From: Pseudomonadota bacterium
GTDB taxonomy: Bacteria; Pseudomonadota; Alphaproteobacteria; CACIAM-22H2
Assembly: GCA_052387815.1 (NCBI GenBank)
Contig: JBQTIU010000022.1
Coordinates: forward strand, 15,428-79,427
Length of the DNA: 64,000 bases
Direction: 5' to 3'
The translations under genes were made by a program, and so were the position numbers. Within the stretch, counting starts at the first letter, position 1, and each line of letters opens with the position of its first letter. Shown piece after piece: positions 9,826-17,998 of this stretch. Below the pieces are notes generated by a model. It saw only the letters and a list, made by a program, of their open reading frames with translations. It made no database searches and had not been told where the DNA came from.

Positions 9826-11367
9826 ATGGCCGAAGCCGCCAGAGCGACCATTCGCCTCAACCCCTTGGACAACGTCGTCGTGGCGCGGACCGACATCCTG
9901 CGGGGGACCGCCATACCGGCCGAGGGCGTCAGCGCGCGCGCCCACATCCCCGCGGGCCACAAGCTCGCGACCCGCGCCATCCCGCTTGACGCGCCCGTGA
10001 AGCGCTACAACCAGGTCATCGGCTTCGCCACCGCGTCGATCGCGCCGGGCGATCACGTCCACACCCACAATTGCGAGATCCGAGACTTCGCGCGCGATTA
10101 CGGCTTCGGCGAGACCGCGCGGCCCACGCCCTATGTCAACGAGCCGGCGACCTTCCAGGGGATCGTGCGGCCGGACGGACGGGTGGCGACGCGCAATTTC
10201 ATCGGCGTGCTCACTTCGGTGAACTGCTCGGCGACCGTTGCCAAGCATATCGCCGCGGCCTTCAAGACGAATCCGTTCACGGGCGAGGGACCGCTCGCCG
10301 CCTTCCCGAACGTCGACGGCGTGGTCGCGCTCACGCACAAAAGCGGCTGCGGCATGAGCGGCGAGGGCGAGGGCATCGAGGTGTTGCGACGGACCATCGC
10401 GGGCTATGCGCGCCACCCCAATTTCGGCGCCGTGCTGGTGGTCGGGCTGGGCTGCGAGGTCAACCAGATCGACGCGCTCGTGCAGGAGGAAAAGCTGATC
10501 GCCGGCGACCTCCTCCAGACCATGACCATCCAGGAGACCGGGGGGACCGCGAAGACGGTCAAGTCCGCGATGTCCCGTATCAATGAGCTGCTGCCCGAGC
10601 TCGACAAGGTCCGCCGCCAGGCCGTGCCGGCCGCGCATATCACGGTCGGCCTGCAATGCGGCGGATCGGACGGCTATTCCGGGATCTCCGCCAACCCGGC
10701 GCTCGGCGCCGCCTCGGACCTCTTGGTGCGCCACGGCGGCACGGTGATCCTGTCGGAGACGCCGGAGACCTACGGCGCCGAGCACCTCTTGACCCGGCGC
10801 GCGGCGAGCCGCGAGGCTGGCGAGAAACTGGTCGCGCTGATGAAATGGTGGGAGGCCTACACCGCGCGCCACGGCGGCGAGATGGACCACAACCCGACGC
10901 CCGGCAACAAGGCCGGCGGCATCACCACCATCCTCGAGAAGTCGCTGGGCGCCGCCGCCAAGGCGGGCACGACCAACCTGGTCGAGGTGTACAAATACGC
11001 CGAACCGGTCATGGCCAAGGGCTTCGTGTTCATGGACACGCCCGGCTACGACCCGGTCTCGGCGACGGGCCAAGTCGCGGGCGGCGCCAATCTCGTCTGC
11101 TTCACCACCGGCCGCGGGTCGGTGTACGGCTGCAAGCCGGCGCCCTCGCTCAAGCTGGCGACCAACACCAGGCTCTACGAGCGGATGACCGACGACATGG
11201 ACTTGAACTGCGGCGGCATCATCGACGGCACCGAGACGATCGAGGAATGCGGGCGGCGCATCTTCGAGCTCATCTTGAAGACCGCGGCGGGCGAGAAGAC
11301 CAAGAGCGAGGGGCTGGGCTTCGGCGAGGACGAGTTCGCCCCCTGGCAGTTGGGGGCGGTGATGTGA
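9826..11367 (+). CDS. UxaA-family sugar-acid dehydratase (altronate/galactarate dehydratase, SAF N-domain)
   Basis: MAEAARATIRLNPLDNVVVARTDILRG (SAF domain), then the altronate-hydrolase-like body (GLGCEVNQ, GGSDGYSGISANP, FTTGRGS). ATG 9826 with GGAG 8 nt upstream; about 513 aa. Confidence 0.85.
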   Translation: MAEAARATIRLNPLDNVVVARTDILRGTAIPAEGVSARAHIPAGHKLATRAIPLDAPVKRYNQVIGFATASIAPGDHVHTHNCEIRDFARDYGFGETARPTPYVNEPATFQGIVRPDGRVATRNFIGVLTSVNCSATVAKHIAAAFKTNPFTGEGPLAAFPNVDGVVALTHKSGCGMSGEGEGIEVLRRTIAGYARHPNFGAVLVVGLGCEVNQIDALVQEEKLIAGDLLQTMTIQETGGTAKTVKSAMSRINELLPELDKVRRQAVPAAHITVGLQCGGSDGYSGISANPALGAASDLLVRHGGTVILSETPETYGAEHLLTRRAASREAGEKLVALMKWWEAYTARHGGEMDHNPTPGNKAGGITTILEKSLGAAAKAGTTNLVEVYKYAEPVMAKGFVFMDTPGYDPVSATGQVAGGANLVCFTTGRGSVYGCKPAPSLKLATNTRLYERMTDDMDLNCGGIIDGTETIEECGRRIFELILKTAAGEKTKSEGLGFGEDEFAPWQLGAVM

Positions 11368-11376
11368 GGGCGCCGG

Positions 11377-12144
11377 ATGAGCGATAGCCTGTTCTCGCTC
11401 GCGGGCCGCACGGCGCTGGTCACCGGCGCCTCGCGCGGCCTCGGCCTGGCGATCGCACGGGCGCTCGGGGCCCACGGCGCGCGCGTTGTTTTGAATGCCC
11501 GCGATGCCAAGCTCCTCGAGGCCCGCGCCACCGTGCTGCGGGACAAAGGGATCGCGGCCGAGGTCGCGCCCTTCGACGTCACCGACGAGGCGGCAGCCAC
11601 GGCCGCGCTCGCCCGCATCGCCCGCCAGCACGGGCGCCTCGACATCCTGGTCTCCAATGCTGGGATCAACATCCGCAAGGCCGCGCTCGAATATCCGACC
11701 GCGGATTTCCAGGCGGTGATCGCCACCAATCTCACCGCCTGCTTCATCCTCGGCCGCGAGGCCGGCAGGCTCATGGCGGCGCAAAATTACGGCCGCATCA
11801 TCATGGTGAGCTCGATCATCGCGCGCCTGGCCCGGCCCACAATCTCGGCCTACGCGGCCGCCAAGGCCGGGCTCGACTCGCTAACCCGCGCGCTCGCCGT
11901 CGAGCTGGGGCCGAAGGGGGTGACGGTCAACGCCATCGCACCGGGCTTTTTCGCCACCGACCTCAACGCCCCGCTCATGGCCAACCCGGACTTCGACGCC
12001 TTCGTGCGCAAGCGCACGCCGATCGGGCGCTGGGGCCAGCCCGACGAGCTCGGCGGCGCGGCCGTCTTCCTCGCCTCCGATGCGGCGGCTTACGTCAACG
12101 GCCACACGCTGGTGGTCGACGGCGGCGTCACCGTGGCGCTGTAG
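11377..12144 (+). CDS. Short-chain dehydrogenase/reductase (gluconate-5-dehydrogenase-like SDR)
   Basis: LAGRTALVTGASRGLGLAIA, SNAGI, YAAAKAG, 255 aa. Start is 10 nt after the dehydratase stop. Confidence 0.85.
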   Translation: MSDSLFSLAGRTALVTGASRGLGLAIARALGAHGARVVLNARDAKLLEARATVLRDKGIAAEVAPFDVTDEAAATAALARIARQHGRLDILVSNAGINIRKAALEYPTADFQAVIATNLTACFILGREAGRLMAAQNYGRIIMVSSIIARLARPTISAYAAAKAGLDSLTRALAVELGPKGVTVNAIAPGFFATDLNAPLMANPDFDAFVRKRTPIGRWGQPDELGGAAVFLASDAAAYVNGHTLVVDGGVTVAL

Positions 12145-12235
12145 AGCCCTCGGGGGCGAGATCGTCCTCGATGAAGGCGTTGATGATCGCGTCGATCGAG
12201 GCGTCCGCCTCGAACCCCATAGCGCGCGCGCCGCT
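12059..12235. repeat. Left copy of a ~180 bp direct duplication: SDR 3' end plus orphan epimerase C-terminal fragment
   Basis: 12059..12235 matches 13600..13778 with only a few mismatches, including an identical 76-nt block after the TAG stop. The minus-strand reading of the left copy gives ...ARAMGFEADASIDAIINAFIEDDLAPEGSTAPR*, the last ~33 aa of the epimerase encoded at 13670..14668. Confidence 0.7.
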
Positions 12236-12320
12236 GCGCTCGCGATGGGGCTTCGCGCCGCGCGCGGGTCCTCCGTGTGGACGACCGGGACGACCTCGCA
12301 CCTCATCCCCGGGCGCAAAA

Positions 12321-12366
12321 AAGTGTTACCAATGTGCCCGGTCTAAAGTGTTACCCATGTCCCCGG
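12321..12366 (+). promoter_or_regulatory. Two 21-bp tandem direct repeats upstream of the DUF433-MNT-HEPN operon (candidate operator/promoter)
   Basis: AAGTGTTACCAATGTGCCCGG (12321..12341) and AAGTGTTACCCATGTCCCCGG (12346..12366), 25-bp period, in a locally AT-richer patch 40 bp upstream of ATG 12405. Confidence 0.45.
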
Positions 12367-12404
12367 CTGTACAAGGAGCTGACCCGGAGCGGGGGAGAGA
12401 AGGC

Positions 12405-12611
12405 ATGGCCCGCAAGCGTATCGAGATCAACCCCCAGATCATGTTCGGCAAGCCGGTCATCCGAGGCACGCGGATCACCGTCGAGCACATCCTGCGCAAG
12501 CTGTCCGCCGGGAGGACGCCGGAAGAGATTCTGCGCAACCGTCCGCAACTGAGCGTCGACGACATCCGTGCCGCCGAGGCCTTCGCTGCCGATCTGGGGA
12601 GGACGCCATGA
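12405..12611 (+). CDS. DUF433-family small protein (antitoxin-like)
   Basis: MARKRIEINPQIMFGKPVIRGTRITVEHILRKLSAGRTPEEILRNRPQLSVDDIRAA fits the DUF433 pattern (GKPvIrGTRI). GGAG upstream; stop overlaps the next start (ATGA). Confidence 0.75.
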   Translation: MARKRIEINPQIMFGKPVIRGTRITVEHILRKLSAGRTPEEILRNRPQLSVDDIRAAEAFAADLGRTP

Positions 12612-12928
12612 TCAGCGCCGCAGTTCCGGAAGCCCTATTGAACTCGGTGATCGCCTATTTCAATCCGCGCCGGGTGATCCTGTTCGGCTCCGCTGCGCGC
12701 GGCGCGGCGGGACCCGACAGCGACTATGACCTGGTGGTCGTACTCGACGACGACGTGCCGCCGGAGCGATTGAGCTGGCGGGCGAGCTACGAGGCGCGGC
12801 GCGACTGGCACCGTGCGGTGGACATCCTCCAGTGTCGGGAAACGACCTTCCGCGAGCGATCCCGCATCGTCGGCTCGCTCGCCCACAGCGTCGCTACCGA
12901 GGGCGTCATCGTCTATGAGCGCACCTGA
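12608..12928 (+). CDS. Minimal nucleotidyltransferase (MNT) partner of a HEPN/MNT module
   Basis: ILFGSAARGAAGPDSDYDLVVVL (GS...DxD nucleotidyltransferase motif), 106 aa. Confidence 0.8.
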   Translation: MISAAVPEALLNSVIAYFNPRRVILFGSAARGAAGPDSDYDLVVVLDDDVPPERLSWRASYEARRDWHRAVDILQCRETTFRERSRIVGSLAHSVATEGVIVYERT

Positions 12929-13337
12929 GGATTCGCGCTGGCTGGAGGCGCGCCGCTGGTTCGCGGTCGCGAACGAGGATCTGCGCGTCGCCCGCGCCTG
13001 CCTGACGATGGACGAGCCGGCCCTCGGCGCGGCGGCGTATCACTGCCAGCAGGCGGTGGAGAAGCTTATGAAGGGGCTTCTCGTCGCGGGCGCGCGACCG
13101 TTCCGCAAGATCCACGATCTCGACGAACTTGCCGAGGCGGCAACGGCGGTATTTCCGGGCCTTCGTCCGCATCTCGACGCCTGCCGTCCGTTCACCCGCT
13201 GGGGAACCGCGCTCCGCTATCCGGAGATCGGCGACGAGGCGCTCGTCGGGCCGACGGCGGCGGACATCGCCTCGGCCCTGCCTCGGATCGAAGCCCTCGC
13301 CGCCGCCGTCGCCGAACTCGGTTCCGGACGACGGTAG
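12915..13337 (+). CDS. HEPN-domain protein (HepT-like toxin partner)
   Basis: AAYHCQQAVEKLMKGLLVAG helix typical of HEPN, then the ALRYP segment; 140 aa. Start ATG 12915 overlaps the MNT 3' end by 14 nt; the listed ORF 12813..13337 contains it. Confidence 0.75.
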   Translation: MSAPEDSRWLEARRWFAVANEDLRVARACLTMDEPALGAAAYHCQQAVEKLMKGLLVAGARPFRKIHDLDELAEAATAVFPGLRPHLDACRPFTRWGTALRYPEIGDEALVGPTAADIASALPRIEALAAAVAELGSGRR

Positions 13338-13517
13338 CCGCGGAGAATCAATCGCATGGCCATCGTCAACAAGGATCGCATCAGCCGCGGGCCGGAGCTG
13401 CTGCGCCAAGGGCTGACGCCCTTGATCGAACGGCAGCTCGAGGCGCGACTCGGCGCCAACGGGGTGAAGCGCGCCCTCGAGCTCATCCTCGAGACCGCGG
13501 CGGGCTCGAACACCCAA

Positions 13518-13686
13518 GGGCGGCGCCGGCCTCGAGGAGCTTGGCGCCGCGGGCGTTCAAGACCACGCGCGCGCCGCCGAGCTGCGGGGCAAAGGGATCG
13601 CGGCGGTGTTCCTCGCCTCCGACGCGGCGGCTTACGTCAACGGCCACACGCTGGTGGTCGACGGTGGCGTCACCGTGGCGCTGTAG
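13518..13686 (+). pseudogene. Scrambled remnant of a second copy of the 11377..12144 SDR gene
   Basis: 13521..13577 is the reverse complement of SDR nt ~11472..11535. 13578..13603 matches SDR nt ~11536..11562 in direct orientation. 13604..13686 matches the SDR 3' end 12062..12144 including the TAG stop. No intact reading frame. Confidence 0.6.
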
Positions 13687-13778
13687 AGCCCTCGGGGGCG
13701 AGATCGTCCTCGATGAAGGCGTTGATGATCGCGTCGATCGAGGCGTCCGCCTCGAACCCCATCGCGCGCGCGCGCCGC
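13600..13778. repeat. Right copy of the ~180 bp direct duplication (SDR remnant 3' end plus intact epimerase 3' end)
   Basis: See left copy 12059..12235. Identity breaks at ~12235/13778. Confidence 0.7.
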
Positions 13779-14668
13779 GAATCGAGCCGGCCCGGCCAGC
13801 CGTCGACGATGTTCTGGATGCGCGGATCGATTTCCCACTGGATGCGCCCGTAGGCGGCCGCGCCGGCGACCCGCCGCAGGCCCTCGGCCATCTCGGCCAC
13901 CGACAGATCGAGCGAGGGCAGCATCAGCGTCCGCCAGCTGCCCCAGGCCGCTTGCGGCAGGTCGTGGGCGCGGATGAATGCCGCAATTGTCCGGCGCGGG
14001 CTCAACAGCGGCATCATCGAAGTGGGCTTGACCGGACAGACGGCGGTCTTGCCCATCAGCGGCTCGCGGATGATCGAGGAAGCGAAGGTCGAGGCGGCGG
14101 GGTTGGGCTTGCCCGGGCGGACCACGATGGTCGGCAGGCGCAAGCACCGCCCGTCGATGAAGCCCTTGCGGGAATAGTCGGCGATCAGCAGTTCGCCCAT
14201 CGCCTTATGGGCGCCGTAGGAGGTCTGGGGGGTGAGCTTGTGGCCGTCGGCGATGACCTCGGGCAGCTCGCCCCCGAACACCGCGACCGAGGAGGCGAAC
14301 ACCAACCGCGGCGGCGAGCCCAGCGCGCGGCAGGCCTCGAGGACGGCGCGCGTGCCGTCGAGATTGACGCGGTAGCCGAGATCGAAATCGGCCTCGGCGC
14401 CGGCGCTCACCACCGCCGCGAAGTGGAACACGGCCCCGGTGTCGGCCGAGATCACGCGTTTCATCAATTGGGCGTCGTCGATCTCGCCGGCGACGAAGGT
14501 GAGCCGGCGGTCGGCCGGCAGGTCGCTCGCCGCGACGTTGTCGAACAGGACCAGGCGAGCGATGGCTCGCGGCTTCCCGTCCGGCCCGGCGAGGCCGCCC
14601 CGCTTCAAGAGCTCGCGCGCCAGCTTCTTGCCCAGCATCCCGGCGCCACCGGTGATCACGACCTGCAT
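13670..14668 (-). CDS. NAD-dependent epimerase/dehydratase-family oxidoreductase (DenD-like sugar-acid dehydrogenase family)
   Basis: MQVVITGGAGMLGKKLAREL (Rossmann GxxGxxG), YGAHKAMGE (YxxxK), 332 aa. Confidence 0.85.
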   Translation of the reverse strand: MQVVITGGAGMLGKKLARELLKRGGLAGPDGKPRAIARLVLFDNVAASDLPADRRLTFVAGEIDDAQLMKRVISADTGAVFHFAAVVSAGAEADFDLGYRVNLDGTRAVLEACRALGSPPRLVFASSVAVFGGELPEVIADGHKLTPQTSYGAHKAMGELLIADYSRKGFIDGRCLRLPTIVVRPGKPNPAASTFASSIIREPLMGKTAVCPVKPTSMMPLLSPRRTIAAFIRAHDLPQAAWGSWRTLMLPSLDLSVAEMAEGLRRVAGAAAYGRIQWEIDPRIQNIVDGWPGRLDSRRARAMGFEADASIDAIINAFIEDDLAPEGSTAPR

Positions 14669-14687
14669 CGGCTGGGCCCCCGGCCGC

Positions 14688-15590
14688 CTATTCCTTGACC
14701 GCGCCGGTCAGGGAAGAGACATAGTGCTCGACGAAGAACGAATAGAGGATCGCCACCGGCAGCGAGCCCAACAGGGCGCCGGCCATCAGCGCACCCCAAT
14801 GGTAGACGTCGCCCTCGACCAACTGGGTGAGCACGCCCACGGGCACGGTCTTGTTCTCGGAGGACGAGATGAAGGCCAGCGCGTAGATGAACTCGTTCCA
14901 CGACAGGGTGAACGAGAAGATGCCGGCCGAGATGAGGCCCGGAACGGCCAAGGGCAGGGTGATCTTGATCAGGATCTGGATGCGGGTCGCGCCGTCGATG
15001 AGCGCGCATTCCTCGAGCTCGTAGGGGATGGACTTGAAATATCCCATCAACAGCCAAGTGCAGAATGGGATGAGGAAGGTGGGGTAGGTGAGGATCAGCG
15101 CCCAGTTGCTGTCGTAGATGTCGAGGGCGTAGACCATGGTGGCGAGCGGAATGAACAGGATCGAGGGCGGCACGAGGTAGGCGAGGAAGATCAGCAGGCC
15201 CACGGTCTGGGCGCCGCGGAAGCGCAGCCGCTGGATGGCGTAGGCGGCGAGCACGCTGGCGAAGATCGACAAGCAGGTCGAGACCACGGCGACGATCATG
15301 GTGTTCAAGAGCCATTCCGGATACTGGGTCCGGAACAACAGCTTCTCGATGTTGGCGAGCGTCGGATTGGCGACCCAGTACGGGCTGAAGGCCTTGAAGT
15401 TGTACAGCTCCTCGTTCGGTTTGAAGGTCGTCACCCCCATCCAGTAAAAGGGGAAGAGCAGGACGAAGAGGAAGACGCCGAGCGGCACGTACAGGGTCAC
15501 CACGCGGCGCGGCAGGGTGCTCAAATAGGCCATGCCCTGGGTATCGGTGGCCGAGCCCGAAAAACGGGACGAGGGGCTGGCATCATTCAT
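14688..15590 (-). CDS. Carbohydrate ABC transporter permease (MalG/UgpE type)
   Basis: Six TM segments, EAA loop ECALIDGATRIQILIKITLP, 300 aa. Confidence 0.85.
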   Translation of the reverse strand: MNDASPSSRFSGSATDTQGMAYLSTLPRRVVTLYVPLGVFLFVLLFPFYWMGVTTFKPNEELYNFKAFSPYWVANPTLANIEKLLFRTQYPEWLLNTMIVAVVSTCLSIFASVLAAYAIQRLRFRGAQTVGLLIFLAYLVPPSILFIPLATMVYALDIYDSNWALILTYPTFLIPFCTWLLMGYFKSIPYELEECALIDGATRIQILIKITLPLAVPGLISAGIFSFTLSWNEFIYALAFISSSENKTVPVGVLTQLVEGDVYHWGALMAGALLGSLPVAILYSFFVEHYVSSLTGAVKE

Positions 15591-16533
15591 CGGCGCTTCC
15601 TTGCTGCCACTTGCGGCGCTGCAGGCCGTAATAGCTGATCACCGTCGCCACCACCAGGAACGGGATCATCGCCGTGGCGATGGCGGCGCCCTCGCCGAGC
15701 TGGCCGCCGGGGATGGCGCGCTGGAAGGCCAGCGTCGCCATGAGGTGGGTGGCATTCAACGGCCCGCCGCGGGTGATCGCGTAGATGAGCTGGAAATCCG
15801 TGAAGGTGAACAAGACCGAGAAGGTGAGCACGACCGACAGGATCGGCATCAGCATCGGCACCGTGACGTGGCGGAAGCGCTGCCAGGCGGTGGCGCCGTC
15901 GAGCGCCGCCGCCTCGTAGAGTGAGGGCGAAATGGTCTGCAGGCCCGCCAACAGGCAGATGGCGACGAAGGGAATGCCGCGCCAGACATTGGCGAAGATG
16001 ACCGAGGCGCGCGCCGCGTTCGGCTGGCCCAGGAAATCGATATAGGTGTCGATGAGGCCGAGCCGGCTCAACGTGTAGCTGATGATCGAAAACTGCGCGT
16101 CGAAGATCCACCAGAAGGCAATCGCCGACAGCACGGTCGGCACGATGTAGGGCAGGAGCACGATGGCGCGGAGGAAGGCCTTGAACGGCATGCTGTTGTT
16201 GAGCAGCAGCGCCAGCCACAGGCCGAGGCCGAACTTGAAGACGGTGGCGACGGAGGTGTAGAGCAGGGTGTTGAACACGGAAAGCAGGAACACGCTGTCG
16301 GCGAACAGCGAGACGTAGTTCTCGAGCCCGACGAAGATCCCCGGCCGGCCGATCTTGGTGTCGGTGAAGCCGAGCCAGATGCCGAGGCCCATGGGATAGG
16401 TGAGGAACACCAAGAGCAGGGCGGAAGCCGGCAGCATGAAGACGAACGACAGGAAGCCGCTGTGGTCGAACAGCCGCGCGAGCCGGTGCGCGGCAGCCGG
16501 CGCGACAGCGGCCGATTTTACGACCGTCGCCAT
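15583..16533 (-). CDS. Carbohydrate ABC transporter permease (MalF/UgpA type)
   Basis: TM protein with EAA loop YEAAALDGATAWQRFRHVTVP, 316 aa. Confidence 0.85.
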   Translation of the reverse strand: MATVVKSAAVAPAAAHRLARLFDHSGFLSFVFMLPASALLLVFLTYPMGLGIWLGFTDTKIGRPGIFVGLENYVSLFADSVFLLSVFNTLLYTSVATVFKFGLGLWLALLLNNSMPFKAFLRAIVLLPYIVPTVLSAIAFWWIFDAQFSIISYTLSRLGLIDTYIDFLGQPNAARASVIFANVWRGIPFVAICLLAGLQTISPSLYEAAALDGATAWQRFRHVTVPMLMPILSVVLTFSVLFTFTDFQLIYAITRGGPLNATHLMATLAFQRAIPGGQLGEGAAIATAMIPFLVVATVISYYGLQRRKWQQGSADE

Positions 16534-16608
16534 GCGCGGCCCGGCTGCCCCCCGCCCGCGCGCGGGCGGGGGGTCGAGAGCGTCGGCGCGAAGGCGCGCA
16601 ACCCCGGG

Positions 16609-17934
16609 CTAGACCTTGTAGTAGCGCTCGGCGCGTCGCTGGGCCTCGGCGGCGGCATCCTTCGGCGTTTTCGCCCCCGATGCCGCCTGGGCCACCATGT
16701 TGACCATGACGAAGTCGGCGAGCACGCCGGCCGAGGCGTAGCCGAGGCTCCCCGCATAGCTCGGCCACAACATGTTCTTCATGCTGTCGCGATAGGGCGT
16801 GTGCTTGGGATCCTCGGTCCACACCGGGCTCTGCTCGTAGGCCTTGAGCGACTGGCTGAAATAGCCGATCGAGGCCTGCTGCCAGGGCACGTATTGCTCC
16901 TTCTCGAACATGAAGCGGATGTAATCCTTGGCCGCGTTCGGATACTTCGTGTATTTGAACACCATGGCCGGCACCGCCAAGTTGAGCTCGGTCGGCCGCC
17001 CCACCGGGCCGATCGGCATGTTCGCGTGCTGGATGTCCTGGGCTATCGCCTTGAGCGCCGGATCGGTCGACGTCTTGGCCGCGTAGTAGATCGAGATGCC
17101 GTTGGTGGTCAGCCCGATCTGCCCATCCAGGAACGCCTTGTTGTTGTTGGGGTCGAGCCAGGACAGCGTGCCCGGGATGAAGGTCTCGTAGAGCTGCTTG
17201 GCGTATTCGAGCGCCGCGACGGTCTCCGGGCTGTTGATGACCACCCGGTCCTTGTCGTCGACCATCTTGCCGCCGAACGACCACACCAGCCAGTGGGTCC
17301 ACACATTGCCGTCGCCGACCGCGTTGCCGAGCGCGAAGCCGGCGGGGTGGCCCTTCGCCTTGAGCGCCTGGCAGAGCTTGAGGAGCCCCGCGGGGTCGGT
17401 CGGGAACCGCTCGAAGCCCGCTTCCTTCACCCACGACTGGCGGTAGACGATCTGGTTGCCGGCGGCGCCGAGCGGCAGCGCGATCCACCGGCCACGCCGC
17501 ATTCCGAACTTCTTGCACACGTCGTACCAGCCGCCGTACTTCTTATCGAGATAGTTGCCGAGGTCGGTCAGGTCCAACAGCTTGTCCGGGTACTGGTGCG
17601 CGTCGTCGTACCAGCCATAGACGACATCCGGACCCCGGCCGACATTGGCGGCGACGGCCGATTTCGGGCGCAAATCCTCCCATCCCTCGCTATCGACCCG
17701 GACCTCGACCCCCGACGTGGCCTGGTACTTCTTGGTGTTCTCCAGCCACACGGTCTCGTCGCCCTGGACGAATTTCGACGGCCGCATGACCCGGAGCTTG
17801 GCGCCCGTTTCCGGCGTCAGCTTGAACTCCGGGACGGCCTGGGCGTTGGCCGCGCCCGCGTTCAAACCGATCGCCGCGCCGGCGGCGATGCCGGCGCCAA
17901 TCTTAAGGGCATCGCGTCTCGTAAAATCGCTCAT
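16609..17934 (-). CDS. Sugar ABC transporter substrate-binding protein (Tat-exported)
   Basis: MSDFTRRDALKIGAGIAAGAAIGLNAGAANAQA Tat signal, family-1 SBP, 441 aa. Confidence 0.85.
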   Translation of the reverse strand: MSDFTRRDALKIGAGIAAGAAIGLNAGAANAQAVPEFKLTPETGAKLRVMRPSKFVQGDETVWLENTKKYQATSGVEVRVDSEGWEDLRPKSAVAANVGRGPDVVYGWYDDAHQYPDKLLDLTDLGNYLDKKYGGWYDVCKKFGMRRGRWIALPLGAAGNQIVYRQSWVKEAGFERFPTDPAGLLKLCQALKAKGHPAGFALGNAVGDGNVWTHWLVWSFGGKMVDDKDRVVINSPETVAALEYAKQLYETFIPGTLSWLDPNNNKAFLDGQIGLTTNGISIYYAAKTSTDPALKAIAQDIQHANMPIGPVGRPTELNLAVPAMVFKYTKYPNAAKDYIRFMFEKEQYVPWQQASIGYFSQSLKAYEQSPVWTEDPKHTPYRDSMKNMLWPSYAGSLGYASAGVLADFVMVNMVAQAASGAKTPKDAAAEAQRRAERYYKV

Positions 17935-17998
17935 TTCCCATATCCTCCGTTGGTTGTGAGAACGATGATTGACAGCCTCGGCGCCCTTGCGGGGTCGA

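Noticed and set aside
12171-12611. 146-aa plus-strand ORF spanning the left repeat and the DUF433 gene
   Set aside because: It is an artefactual fusion: the real DUF433 protein starts at ATG 12405 with its own Shine-Dalgarno, and the upstream part is the antisense of the orphan epimerase fragment.
13356-13853. 165-aa ORF listed in the track
   Set aside because: Only the first ~55 codons look like a possible gene start. The remainder is an out-of-frame reading of the scrambled SDR remnant and the duplicated junction.
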